DNA of 64,000 nt, from NCBI RefSeq assembly GCF_009914755.1, contig NC_060937.1. One strand, 5' to 3'. Under the pieces are notes generated by a model. The model was not told the DNA's origin. It saw only the letters and a list, made by a program, of their open reading frames with translations, and ran no database searches. Positions 42,561 through 57,519 of the stretch are shown one piece after another (position 1 is the stretch's first letter; every line of letters starts with the position of its first letter). The DNA is from the human T2T-CHM13v2.0 reference genome, Homo sapiens. Both the position numbers and the translations under genes were made by a program.

Positions 42561-44669
42561 TAAGTAGGGCTGTCACCCTGGATGCTACTATTGTCATTAT
42601 TATACTCCCACCTACAAAGTGAAGTATAAAATGCTCTGAAGAATTGGATTCTGAGAAGAACCATGCTAATTCAAAGCAGCCGCAAAATGAACTTTAAAAG
42701 TTCTTGGAAGCTTAAAAACTATTGCTTGGCCGCAGATTGTGTGTGTAATTTAAATAGCTTTGTTCTAGATGTGTATGATTGACTACACAAAATCATGTAT
42801 TCATTGATTCATTCAAAACAGAAGAAATATTCCTCATGGAGTTTGCAGTCTAATGAGCAAAGAGACATAAAAACCAATAATTAAAATTAAATAGGATATG
42901 TGCTATAATGAAAGTATATACAAAGGTACAGTGGGAAATGAGACTAGATGGCCTACTGACCACTTGCAGGGCACATATTCTTCTAACTGGGTCAGTGAGG
43001 TAGTTGTGTATACCTGGTCTTACTCCTGCTGCCATAAAGCCACTTCCTCATCTTTATGAGGACACAGGTTTGAAAGGGTTATGTTCCCTGCTTCTACCTA
43101 ACTCCTGTAACAGCTCAACCCAGTCTTCTGAATTCCAGACATAGTTGAAGTTACCTAGCATAGACATCTAAAGCCATATACTCCAGGGATACCTCAAACT
43201 CTGTTTATCCAAAATTTGTTTTCCCTCAATTTACTTTTCCTTCTAAATGTATTTATTTTGTCATTAGCATTACTATTAATGCAAACATTTGAGGTGAAAA
43301 TTTGATTTTTCTTTAGCTCTTTTCTCCTTCAACTTTAATATTTACAATTACTTCATGAGAATGAATAATTTCCGAAAACAATATTTAGAGGATAGTTCTT
43401 CAAATATTATTAACATTACAAATATTATATCAAGCCATGTATAAAAACCTTCCAAAGTAGCCTAAATATTATGTTAGCTAAAAGTGGTGGCATCATAGTT
43501 ACGGATTCTAAAAGGTACTAGGTTATCAGTTGGTCCTTCTTGAGTTCCTTTTTTTGCTTTTAATTCTTTTGATTTCCTGTAGTTAGATGCTATTGAGGAG
43601 CAAGAATGCTGGTTATTGATATTTTTATTTTCATGCTTTTCTGTAACATGTGTTACTTTATTAAAATAAAGAAGTTCAGTAAACATCATTGAAAAAACAA
43701 ATCTTAAATGTTTCCTCATTCCCTACAAGATAAAAGCCTTTTATTTTTTCTGTTGCTATCTATCTTTTCCTAAAATGATTTGATAGGTTTTACAGAAATG
43801 TATAAATACTGACCAAAGACATAATAAAATAAAACAGGGAATAAAGTTAGTCTTGTAATAATAATGTTAGTAGTGAGTCCTGCAATGTTATTAAAACTAA
43901 GACAAATTCTGTGCAAGTTTTCTAGCCGCCAGAGCAAAGGCACAATTATGTTGTTATAAGACTCACGTTACTGGCTCCTAAGTGATAGTCTGTGGCAATT
44001 TTATGTTAACTGCTCTGTATTGGAAAATCAGGAACCCCTGTGTGTAGTTATTTCCCAGAATCTTCCATGACCACACATTCACATTGTTTCTTACTTATTT
44101 CTTCTCATCAATGCACAGAGAAAAATGATTGAGTAATTGAGAGTTATTTTTTTTAGCTTCTCTGTTTACCTCACATATTCTGAATTGAGTGGAAAGACCA
44201 TTAAGAACATGCCTTCATTGTTATCAGTGCATCCAGGTGAACCTGGATTTTTTTTTAATGTAACTATGCTAGAAATGAAATACTGGAACGGGTTAGATAT
44301 TAAAAAGTTCATTTTGTGTTCCCCTGGCAGTATACAATTATATCTTGTAACTTTCTACATTCAAAGAATTTTAATACATCCTACTTTTTAAACTATATGG
44401 ATGTAATATTTATGTCTTTCTTTGCTGATGTTTAAAATGACTTCTCTTTATAAAATGATGACAGCAAATGGTAGATTTTTAGGTTTTGAGTTTTGCTTTT
44501 TAAATGCCAGTGACTTGGCAGTATAAAAAGCTGACAACCCTAAAATATGATCCTTTAAATTTTTGCTAGTTCATACAACCCAGAACTCTGGAAACTATAG
44601 TTGTTTAAAAGAATGACTTTCAGTATCCCTCACAATTTGGTCATAACCCTCCCTTCCAGACCCAACTAG

Positions 44670-45103
<434 letters not shown>

Positions 45104-45360
45104 TAAACCCTTTTTTTTTTTAAATCTCCCCAAATTATACTCATCCTTTGAGTCCATTTTCAGGCTCATTAAGCAAATTAATGTCATGACTTATGTGCTC
45201 CTACAGTATTTTACTTACATAATATTAATAAAATTATTTTACACTTATTGAAATAGGAAATATCTTATTGTTTATATTGTCATTACCTAACTTAGACTCT
45301 GGTACATCATAAATATTCAGTGTTTTTCCCTTGTGTTTGCATAGGATATTATTTTTCTTT

Positions 45361-45610
45361 CTTGGGAGGCGAAAGCAGATGTATTGCTTGAGGCCAGGAG
45401 TTTAAGACCAGCCTGGGAAACATAGTTAGACCCTGTCCCTAGAAAAAATAAAAAATTACTCAGGCCTGGTGACATGTGCCTATAGTCCCAGCTACTCTGG
45501 AGGCTGAGGTGGGAGGATTGCTTGAGTGGGAGATTGAGGCTGCAGTGAGCCACGATCGTACCACTGCACTCCAGCCTGGGCACCGGAGACCCTGTCGCTA
45601 AAAAGAAAAT
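45361..45610 (+). mobile_element. AluJ, 5'-truncated
   Basis: ttgcttgaggccaggagtt...gaggtgggaggattgcttgag...gaggctgcagtgagc. Confidence 0.9.
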
Positions 45611-47699
45611 AAGGAAGGATTGGTAAGATTTTATGTTCTGTGGTAAGAACTCCTGGTATTGATCAGTTCTTCAGACCTAGGAGTTTGCTGCTGCACTCAT
45701 CCAAGGTCCATACTTGCTCTCCACCCCAGCCTGTAGAAATGTATGTCCTTTTATTTTCTCATTCTTGAGCATGTACTCTTACTCATTCTTTGTTCTTCGC
45801 TCTCCTTCTGTTTCCCTTCTTTCTCTAATTTGATATGCTTTTCCTTTCCCTTGAGAAGAAAATGTATCAAAGCATTATGAAGAACTCAGGACATTTACAT
45901 GATAAAAACATATTTACCCTAGCTTTGAATATTTCCATTTAAGAAATAGTGCTTATGATGAATAAATCTCACTGCATTTCAATTTACCATATAAATATGT
46001 GTGTGTGTGGTAGGAACAAAACTGAATTTAGGTAACTGAAGATACTTTAATGTCTATGAAAAGAAAAAGCAATTACTCTTTTAACTTCAAATAGCCATAA
46101 AGTATATTTGAATTGCCTCTTTATTTTATGTTTTATATTCCATTTTTCTTAAGGCACACATTTATTTTTGTTTAAATTATTTCTTATGGGATAATTAATC
46201 CTTGGCAGTTTTTATTGTCGGTGTCCTTTCATTTTCTTAATTATCTATTACTTTGATTAGTTAGCTTGTGATTGTATCATTCTAGAACAATGTAGTTCAC
46301 CTTTTAAGACCATTCATTAACAGTAGCTATTTTTAGGTAGCTTTTGATGTGTGTTTTCTCTTAGCAATAATTAAGGATTTTTGAAGACAGTAATTTGAAG
46401 CTTACTGAATTTTAAGAAAATTATGGGTTTTCAATTTATAAACTAATGCATAAAAACTACTTAGAATAGGTATGTATGCAAGTATCAAAACCTACCAGCC
46501 AAAGATAACAAAGCTGCCTAAGAATCCAGTTTATGTTCTGTGAGCATTGTTTATGTTCTATTGGGAGCTCACAGAAATATTCAGAGTAACTTAGTTATGA
46601 TGCGGATATAGCAGAAAGTCTCATATGTGTCCAAGGACAGGAAATAAAATATAGTTGATCTTCAGGCAGCCTGGAAATGGGAGAGAAAAGTCAGTAACAA
46701 AGACTACTCCCTTTGATTCGCAAAGCAACTTTATAGCCTCCTGTCTTTTATTCTCTCTGTGTATCTACTCAGTGTTTTTACTTTCCTCCCAGACCAACTT
46801 CTCTTGCTTAGTCATCAGAACATCTCTTAGCATAGCACCTTAGCCCTGAATCTTAATGCATTTTTAATGTAAATATCCTGCATCATCTAACTATAGTCAC
46901 TTAACTTATCAACAGAGAATCTGAATGGCTTAGCCAGGCCTATTACTTTGTTCCTCCTGGGTTAGGTGTCTGACCCTGTCATAATCAGCTAAGCCTGAGG
47001 TGGGATAGAGGTGTCTGAGATACATGAGGCTCTCCCTTTTAGGCTCTATATACAAGTTGAAACATTTTAGAAAGAGATGTTAGCAGTGCAGGAAATTTCA
47101 CTGAAGGGTCCACTCTACTTTTGGTGGCATCAATAAATATTTTATTAAAATCATATAATACTCAAGAATATTTATGGTTTCCACGACTAGCATTTTTTAA
47201 AAGTATATAAATATAGCATGAAATTTCTACCTTCACCAAAGAGGATATCACTGACATATTCTAAAATGAATGAGCCTAGTCAAGAAGCTCCATATCATTC
47301 ACAGATCATTTGTAGTAGCATTATAGGCACATAATCAGAAAAACTTGCCGTATTTTTATTTAAAAATTATAGACTAAAATATAATTTCAGAATTATTGTT
47401 TTTAAATTACAATAATACAAAAAAATGTACACAAGAAAATTGGGTAAATGGAAAATGCTGGCATAATTTTTAAATATTCCTGATTTCCTCCATAAAAAAT
47501 GGATGGAAGAATAGATAATGAAACAATAACTACAAGAACAATGAATGGACATTTACAACAAAACTAGGTGACAGGTATCTCATTGGACCCCAAAATATGC
47601 CTAGGTGGGGACCATCTAGCTTATAGCTACATGATATACATGATATCAGCTTATTTGTGGCAAGGACTCATGGTGGCCATCAAATATAGATCTATTTGG

Positions 47700-49950
47700 A
47701 GAATTAACTAAATGAGGGTTATATAGGAGAAATTAAAGGATATGACTGCTTATTCTGAAAAATTTGAAAAATGGGGCAGTAATTATGTTGGTAGTAATAT
47801 TATCGATATTACAAAACTGTTATGTAATGTTGGATAAAGCTGCTTGGTAATTATTAATATTCTAATTATTTTATCCCGTGTTCTTGAAAATCAGGATTCT
47901 GGCTGAAGAAAGGCGATCCAGATATAAAATAGGAGAGTTTAAGTAAAAGCTTTTAATTTGGAATTTGAATTGGACATTTTCATGTAAACTTATGCATACA
48001 TATGCATGTACATGCACACATACACGCATACCCATATTCTATAGGTATATGTATACTATACTAGTAGCCCTGTCTGTTGTTTTGCCTGGACACAAAAACC
48101 AAGTCAGTAGCAGTGAGTACACTTAGGGTCCATATTTACTATTAAAATATCATTTGCCAATGAAAGAAACTGGGACTTTATCATAGAGAAATAAGTGATG
48201 TCAAGGCTGGGGCAGGAAATATTAATCATTTACCTGCAACATTTTGTGATACCACAAAGCAAGGAAGGTATCAAATGTTGTCAGAAGAGCTCAGGAGCTA
48301 ACTTAAAGAAATTCCTGTTGTCCCAAGATGGAGCAGTTTGAGCATCCATAAATCTATTAGGTTGGTGCAAAAGTAATTGCGATTTTATTAGCAATTGGCA
48401 AAAATCGCAATTACTTTTGCACCAACCAATAATAACTGCAATGCATTGAAACACCTGGATATGTTTAAATCTATGTATTCGTAATGATAATTTAGAAAAT
48501 GATTTTGTCAAATTTAGAGAATGATAGAGAACTTACTTTGAAAACTGATAAGAAAATTAAAAGAATAAAGTATTTCTTATGTCCTTTCTTTGTGAACGGA
48601 TCATTGTATTATGAAGTTATTGAGGGGGGATGTTTTGTTTTTACAAAAATATATCATCTGATAAATAGTGGTGGGATATGTGAGTTAGATTATCGTTTAG
48701 CACCCTCTAAGAATTTAATAGATCTAAGCTTCAATGGCTGCTAAACTCACAAATAGAGAGACAGCTAGACAATTAGATAGGAAAAATACCATCACCTATC
48801 AAGACGGTATGTATGAATGAATGAATAAAATAAAAGCACACCTGATTAAATCTGTATATTCAACGTGTTGAATTATACCATGGGAACTCAATAATCAAAA
48901 TTAATACTGGAGGAAATTCTGCAATACAAATTGAGTTGGTCTCTTCAAAATAAATTACATGGGGAAAAGAGATATAGGAAGAACCTGTAGCTTAAAAGAG
49001 ATTTTTTTTTAATTTCAAAAATCACCAAAACTAAGTTGTTTGTAGAAATAACTCTATGATTTAGGTATTAAAAACTATAATCAAAGGCAAAGTGATTATC
49101 ATAAAAATCAGAATAATGGTTTGTTATAAGTAGGGAGAGGGTTAGAATGGGAAACATGGAGTACTCCTGGGATACGTGGTAATAATTTATTTCTTTAGCT
49201 ATTTAGTGGTTGCAAGGATGTTCACTTCATAATAGTTTATTAACTGATGTTTTCTGCAGTTTACTTATTAATATTTTGTAATAAAATATTTTAATGTTCT
49301 CTGGAGAAGATATAAAAATTCTTGAATGACGTTAAAGACCTAAATAATGGTGAACTATATCATATTCATGGTAGGAAAACTCATCACAAAAAAGTTATTT
49401 CAGTCCATGTTAATATATCAATTTTAATAAAAATTTGATTTAAAATAATTTTTAAATTATTTTCATGGAATTTAATAAGCTTTATCTTAAATTTCTGAGC
49501 AGAATAAAGGGATGAAAAAATCGAGTAATTTTGGAAATTAACAAGCTATTATAGTTAAAACAGCATAGCAGTAGCACAGAGATAGATCAGTGTGTCAGAA
49601 TAAATCTCCAAGAACAGATCCCACATACATATGGTAACATTATGAGACAGAGCTCCATTGTAGACTGGGGAGAAATACGTGAACAGTGGATCTAGATCAA
49701 TTGGATTCCCTTTTGTTAATTTAAAAGACAAAACAAAGTGGATCTCTTCCTCCCTGAACAAACAAAAGACACTACCACTGTGGTTGAAAATCAAATATCA
49801 AATGTTTCAGGAGAAAAAAACATAGGAAAATATCTGTAATACCAAAGGTATTATGTAAACTAGATACAAAAGCGTAAAGTGTAGAGGGTAAAAAAATCAC
49901 CATATTAAAACTGTTTTGTTTTATCAAAACAACATTAAAAAGTGAAAAGA
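47700..49950 (+). mobile_element. Ancient L1M fragments (sense)
   Basis: A-rich; L1MC-type 3' UTR motifs and ORF2 remnants (aaagacctaaata, acagatcccacatacatatggt). Confidence 0.5.
48357..48429. mobile_element. MADE1 (Hsmar1-derived mariner MITE), palindromic
   Basis: TA-ttaggttggtgcaaaagtaattgcg...cgcaattacttttgcaccaaccaa-TA. Confidence 0.95.
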
Positions 49951-52328
49951 TTGAGAGTAACATGAGCAATATAGTGACTACAAACCTTGAAGTCCTCATT
50001 CTCCCAAAGAAAAAATGAATGTACAAAAATACATGGACCAAATTAGTGTTGTTAGAAAGCTAATAAATCAATTAAGATTCATTAGATCAGATAAGATGTT
50101 GCAGCAATGAAGTAAACACCTAGCTAAGACAGAGCTACTCAAAACGTTAGGAAATCCATTGCTATTTTGTTTGCCCTTATCCCACACCCTCCTCAACACA
50201 GTGCAGCATACATGATAATGAGGAAATTGCTCAGTTCCCAATTACTCCTTTGGGGTGGAAGGGAAAGAATGGAACTTGCTTGCAACATTCTCACTAAAGA
50301 CTGAGAAGTGACTATATTTTTTAAAAGCCCGAATTTTAACAAAAATAGTACAACGCACTCAAAGAAAGAGAGAAACATAGTTCATGCAAAGGAACAAAAC
50401 AACTTCCAGAAACCACGTTTAAAGAAATGTCGGCCTCTGACTTCTTTTAAAAATAATTTAAAACAACTGTCTTTAATATGCCTATGAGCCAAAAGGTAGC
50501 AGGGACTGTCAACTAAACAAAATTAGGAAAAGGTTTTATGAACACAAGGAGAATATGAACCTAAAGAAATTATTTAAAAGCAAAAACTAATTTGAAGCTG
50601 AAAACCACAAAGGAATTAAAAAATTCATTATTAGGGTTCAAGAGTAGACTCAATTAGACAGAAGAAAGAATCAGCAAACTTGAAGACAGGTCATATGAAA
50701 TTACTGAGCTAGAGGACCAAGACAAACAGAATGAAGAAGAGTGAACAGAGCCTAAAGGACCACATCTTCAGACAGACTAACATAGGTATTATGGTAGTTG
50801 CATAAGGAAAAGAAAGAGAAAAGGGCAGAGAGCGTATTTGAAGGAATAATGGCTAAAAAACTTCTCAAATTTTAGGAATCAGACATACGAACTGAAGCTC
50901 AACAAGCTCCCATGGGATAAATTCAGACACATACAGAGACACATTTTAATCCAACTACTGAAAGTCAAAGATAATCTCAAAAGAAGCAAGAGAAAATTGT
51001 ACATGTACAATGAGCCTCTATAAGTTATCACCAGGTTTCTCAGTAGAATCCATGCATGCTGGAAGGCAGTGGGATGATATATTTAAAGTGCATGAAGTAA
51101 AAAGCAAAACAAAACAAAAAGAAACTATCAACCAATAATACTACCTCCAGCAAAACTGTCCTTTAAAAATGGAGGAGAAATTAAGAATTTTCCAGATAAA
51201 CAAGAGCTGAGAGCATTTATTACTACTAGATCTAACCTACGAGAAATGCTAAAGGGAGTCCTTCAACTTGGAAAGAGGGATTCTACACAGTAACTCAAAG
51301 CCATATGAAAATTAAAAGTTCTACAATAGACATATTACAAATATGAAAACTTTATTATTATAATTTTGGTTCTACTATTCTTTTAAAAGATTAAAATCCA
51401 AAAATGTAAAAACAAACCTATGAATCTATGCTAATGGGTAAGCAATATATAAAGATATGACTTGTGACATAAGTAACATAACTTGTGCAGATGACTGAGC
51501 TGTAAAGGAATAAAGTTTTTATATGCGATTGAAGTTAAGTTGTTCAGTTTAAAATGAACTGTTATAATTTTAAGATGTTTTATGTAATCCACATGATAAC
51601 CACAAAGAAAATTTCTATAGAAATTACACGAAAGAACAAGAGAAAAAGCAAATCACAACAAAATTCAACTACACACAAAGGAGGGAAGTACGGGAAGAAA
51701 TAAGAGACAAAAATACAATGACATACAGAAAACAACAAATTAAAATAGTTCTTCCTCTTTCAGTAATTATTCAGGATGTAAATGGATAAAAACTCCTCAA
51801 TCAAAAGACATAGATTAGCTGAATGGATAAAAAATCAGGAACCAACTATGTGCTGTCTTTAAGAGACACTCACTGTAAATCTAAGGACACATAGAAGTTT
51901 AAAGTGAAAGAGTAGAAAATGATATTCTGTCCAAATAGTAACCAAAACAGAACAGGGATGTTTAATATAAGACAAAATAAGCTTTTGAAACTGTTAAATG
52001 AGACAAGGAAAACAATATATAAGGATAAAAGGGTTATACAAAGAAAATGTAACAACTATAAATTTATATGTACCAAACATGAGAGTTCCTAAGTGTAAGA
52101 AGCAAATATTGACAGACTTGAAGGGCAAAAAAGTTCTGCAATAATCGTGGGAGACATTCATATCCCAATTTCAGTAATGGATAAAGCAACCAGGTAAAAG
52201 GTGAATAAGGAAATGGATGACTTGAACAACACTATAGATCAATTGGACTTAACAGACCAAAGAATACTTCACCCAATAACATCAGAATATACATTTTTCT
52301 AAAATGCATATGGAGCATCCTCTAGGTT

Positions 52329-52407
52329 AGACCATATGTTAGGTCATTAAACAAGTCTTAATACATTAAGACCATATGTTAGGTCATTAAACAAGTCTTA
52401 ATACATT
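52329..52407. repeat. 40-bp tandem duplication
   Basis: agaccatatgttaggtcattaaacaagtcttaatacatt twice, identical. Confidence 0.95.
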
Positions 52408-52460
52408 TAAAACGATTAAAATCTTACAAAGTATCTTTTCTAATCACAGTGGAATGAAAC

Positions 52461-52603
52461 TAGAAATAAAAACTAGAAGGAAATGTAGAAACTCCATAAA
52501 CACTTAAAAATAAAACAACATATTTTGAATAATAGAAATAAAAAGTAGAAGGAAATTTAGAAACTCCATAAACACTTAGAAATAAAACAACATATTTTGA
52601 ATA
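52461..52603. repeat. 72-bp tandem duplication
   Basis: tagaaataaaaa(c/g)tagaaggaaat(g/t)tagaaactccataaacactta(a/g)aaataaaacaacatattttgaata twice. Confidence 0.93.
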
Positions 52604-52630
52604 TGCCACTCACCTTATAAAAAAATCAAT

Positions 52631-55600
52631 ATTTTTTTATAAGGTGAGAGATGAGGATCAAGTTTTATTCTCCTACATGTGAATAGCCAATTATCCCAGC
52701 ACCATTTGTTGAAAGAGTATCCTTTCCCCACTTTATGTTTTTATTTGCTTTGTTGAAGATCAGTTGGCTGTAAGTATTTGGCTTCCTTTCTGGGTTCTCT
52801 ATTCTGTTCCATTGGTCTATGTGCCTATTTTTATACCAGTACCATGCTGTTTTCGTGACTATGGCCTTATGGTATCATTTGAAGTCAGGTAATGTGATGT
52901 CTCCAGATTGTTCCTTTTCGATTAGTCTTGCTTTGGCTATGTGGGCTCTTTTTTGGTTCCATATAAATTTGAGGATTGTTTTTTCTAGTTCCGTGAAGAA
53001 TGATGATTGTATTTCGATGGGAATTGCATTGAATTTGTAGATTGCTTTTGGAAGTATGGTCATGGTCATTTTCACAATATTGATTCTACCCATGCATGAG
53101 CATGGGATGTGTTTTTGTTTGTTTGTGTTTATGATTTCCTTCAGCAGTGTTTTGTAGTTTTTCTTGTAGAGTACTTTCACCTTTTGGTATTTTATTTTAT
53201 TTTTTGCAGCTATTGTAAAGGGGTTGAGTTCTTGATTAGATTCTCGGCCTGGTCACTGTTGGTGTATAGCAGAGCTACTGATTCGTCTACATTAACTTTA
53301 TATACTGAAACTTTGCTGAATTCATTTATCAGTTCTAGGGGCTTTTTGGAGGAGTCTTTAGGTTTTTCTTTAGGGTTTTCAGCAAACAGCGACAGTTTGA
53401 CTTTACCAATTTAGATGCCCTTTATTTCTTTCTCTTGTTTGGTCTGATATAAGAATACCTACTCCTGCTCACTTTTGGTGTCCATTTGCATGGAATGTCC
53501 TTTTCCACCCTTTTACCTTAATTTTATGTGAATCCTTATGTGTCAGGTGAGTCTTTTAAAGGCAGCAGATACTTGTTTGGTGAATTCTTATCTATTCTGT
53601 AATTCTGTTTTTTAAGTGGAGCATTTAGACCATTTACATTCAATGTTAATATTGAGATGTGAGGTAGTATTCCATTTATTGTGCTATTTGTTGATGAATC
53701 CTTTTTTTTGTAATTTTGTTTTATAGGTTATGTGAGATTCATGCTTTAAAGAGTTTCTGTTTTGATGTGTTTCCAGGATTTGTCAAGATTTAGAGCTCCT
53801 TTTAGCGGTTCTTGTTTTGCTGTCTTGGTAGTAGAGAATTCTCTCAGCATTTGTTTGTCTGAAAAAGAGTGTATCTTTCATTCATTTATGAAGATTAGTT
53901 TCTCTGGATACAAAATTCTTGGCTGATAATTGTTTTGTTTAAGGAGGCTGAAGATAGGTTTCCAATCCCTTCTAGCTTGTAGGGTTTCTGCTGAGAAATC
54001 TGCTGTTAATCTGATATGTTTTCCTTTATAGGTTACCTGATGCTTTTGCCCAACAGCTCTTCAAATTCTTTCCTTTGCCTTGACTTTAGGTAACCTGATG
54101 ACAGTGTGCCTAGGTGATGATATTTTTGCAATGAATTTCCCAGGTATTCTTTGAGTTTCTTGTATTTGGATGTCTAGATCTGTACCGAAGCTGGAGAAGT
54201 TTCCCCCAATTATTCCCCTAAATATGTTTTCCAAACTTTTAGATTTCTCTTCTTCCTCAGGAATGCCGGTCATTCCTAGGTTTGGTCATTTAACATAATT
54301 CCAAACTTCTTGGAGGCTTTGTTCATTTTTAAATTCTTTTTTCTTTGTCTTTGCTGGTTTGGGTTATTTCAAAAACCTTATCTTCAAGCTCTAAATTTGT
54401 TTCTTCTGCATTTTCAATTCTGTTGCTAAGAGTTTCCAGTACATTTTGCATTTATCTAAGTGTGTCCTTTGTTTTCTGAAGTTGTGATTGTTTTTTATAT
54501 ATGCTGTGTATTTCACTGAAGATTTCTCTTGTCATATCTTATATCACTTTTTCAATTTCCTTAAGGTAGACTTCACCTTTCTCTGGTGCCTCCTTGATTA
54601 GCTTAATAATCAACCTGAATTCTTTTTCTGGCAATTCAGGGATTTCTTCTTGGTTTGGATCTTTTGGTAGTAAGCTACTGTGATTTTTTGGGGGATGTTA
54701 AAGACCCTTGTTTTGTCATATTACGCAAATTATTTTTATGGTTCCTTCCCATTTGGGTAGGCTTTGTCAGAGGGAAGATCTGGGGCTCAAGGCTGCTGTT
54801 CAGATTCTTTTGTTCCACGCGGTGCTCCCTTGATGTCATATTCTTCCCCTTTTCCTAGGGATGTGGCTTCCTGCTAGCCAAACTGTAGTGACTCTTTTTT
54901 CCCTCTGGATCCAGCCACCCATCAGGGCTTCCAGGCTCCAGGCTGGTACTGAGGTTTGTTTGCACAGAGTCCTGTCATGTGAACCATCTTCAGTTCTCTC
55001 AGTCGTGGATACCAGCACCTGCTCCAATGAAGGTGGCAGGGGAGTGAAATGTACTCTCTGAAGGTCCTCAGTTGTAGTTGTTTAATGCACTAGTTTTGTA
55101 CTGGCTGGCAGGAGGTGGTGCTTTCAAGAGAGCATCAGCTGTGATAGTATAGGGAGGATCAGGTGGTAGTATAGGGAGGATGGGCAGGGCCCTAGATCTC
55201 CAAAGAGAATATGATCTTTGTCTTCAGCTACCAGGGTGGGTAAGGAAGGACCATCAGGTGGGGGCAGGGTTAGGCATTTCTGAGCTCAGACTCTCCTTGA
55301 GCTGGGCTTGCTATGGCTGCAATGGGGGTGTGTGGTTCCCAGCTCAATGGTGTTATGTTCCCAGGAGGATTATGGCTGCCTCTCCTGTGTCAAGCAGGTT
55401 GTCAGGGAAGTGCAGGAAAGCCAGCAGTTACAGGACTCACCCAGTTCCCACTCAACCCAGATGGCCGGTCTCATTCCAACCATGCCTCTCCCAACAGCAT
55501 CAAGTTTGTTTCCAGGCAGTGGGTGAGCAGGGCTGAGAACTTACCCCAGGCTACCGGCCTCCTGGCCCAGAAAGCAAGCAGGGCTTCTGCGTCTCCTGCC

Positions 55601-56160
55601 TGTCATGTCTTCACACTGAATTCTTGCCTTCCCCCAAGTTCTGCCAGGAAACTTCACATTCATTTGGAATTGTTACAAAATTCAGCTGGAGGTTTCCTTC
55701 TCCCTGTAGTCTTTTCCCAGTTCCTCTGGCAGCCCTCCCCAAAGACCCCAGTGAGACACATTAGGAATGGCTTCCCTGGGGACCCAGAGAACCCACAGGG
55801 CTTTTCCCTGCTGTTTCCTCTACCCTGTATTTTGCTTGGCTCTCTAAATTGTCTCAGTTTCAGGTAAGGTTAGAATCTTTTCCAGTGATCTAGACCCTCA
55901 CGTTCCCCAGTGAGGGTGTGCATTCAGGGGCAGATGATCCCCTTTTCCCACTTTCACAGTTTGGACACTCACAGTGTTTGGGCTGTCTCCCAGGTCCTGC
56001 AGGAGCAATCCACTTCCTTCAAAGGGTCTGTGGATTCTCTCGGCTTTCTTGGCATATTCATCTTGAAGCAAAAGTTGATAATGTGAGTCTCCACATTCTG
56101 CTCTGTCTATCCAAGTAGAAGCTGCAATTTAGTCTTGCCTCCTATCTGCCATTTTTTCAT
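52631..56160 (-). mobile_element. L1PB/L1PBa-type element with 5' UTR, ORF1 and partial ORF2; 3' end missing
   Basis: ORF 52875..53180 ([14 protein letters not shown]...[13 protein letters not shown]) is L1 ORF2; ORF 54061..54273 (GIPEEEEKSKSLENIF...PRHTVIRL) is ORF1; GC-rich 5' UTR ends in cctcctatctgccatttt. Confidence 0.9.
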
Positions 56161-57207
56161 CTCCCCCAAAATAGTTTATTTTATTAAAAAGATCAACAAA
56201 ATTGAAAAACCTTTAGCTTGATTTAGGGAAAAAAAAAGAAGATTCAAATAAAGTAAAAAATGAAAGAGTAGGCATTATAACCAATGCCACAGAAATATAA
56301 AAGGATTGATTATAAGAGAATACTATGAATAACTTTATGCCAACAAATTAGATACATAGAGGAAGTGAGTAAGTTCCTGGAACCACACAACCTACCCAGA
56401 TGAAGAAACAAACCATCAACAGACCTACAACAGGATAGAATATTTGCAAACTCATAATATAAGGTCAGCATTGCCCTGATATTGAAACTAGATGCAGTAC
56501 TAAAAGACAACTATAAAACCAATATCCATTGTGAATATTAATGCAAAAATCTTCAACAAAATACTATAAACTGAATTTGGCAACATATTAAAAGGATTAT
56601 ATACCATAACCAAGTAAATTTTATTACTGAAATGCAAGGATGGTTCAGCATATAAAAATTGATCAATGTAATACATCACACAGAATGAAGAAAAGAATTA
56701 CATAGATCATCTTATTTAATTAGTTTACTGTGTGGGGAAAAAAAGCCCTCTTAAAATTCATATGGAATCTCAAGAGACCCAGAATAACCAATACAATCTT
56801 AAGAAAGAACAAAGCTGGGGGACTCACAGGACCGATTTTAAAACTTCTACTTACATAGCTCCACAAGTCAAAACAATGTGGCACTGGCATAAAGACATAG
56901 TAGACCAACGGAATAGAATCTCTAGCCAAAAACAAAGCAAAACAAACAAGCAAACAAATAAACAAAAAAAGCCAGCCCTTACTTATATGGTCAAATGATT
57001 TTCAACATGGGTGCCAAGACCATTTAATAATGAAAGGACAGTCTTGTCAACAAATCATGTTAAGAAAACTTAATATCCACATGTAAAGGAATGTTGTTGG
57101 GCCCTTACCTTTCTCCATATACCAAAATTAACTCAAAATGCATTAAAAACCTAAATGTAACACCCAAAACTGTAAAACGCTTGGAAGAAAACAGGATAAA
57201 AGCTTCA

Positions 57208-57519
<312 letters not shown>

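Noticed and set aside
55145-55181. Small direct repeats (tagtatagggaggat x2; also gagctgaataaagt x2 near 9640-9670)
   Set aside because: Ordinary slippage duplications with no further structure.
55180-56118. Long GC-rich ORFs (118 and 184 aa)
   Set aside because: They lie in the antisense L1PB 5' UTR; no domain or splice support.
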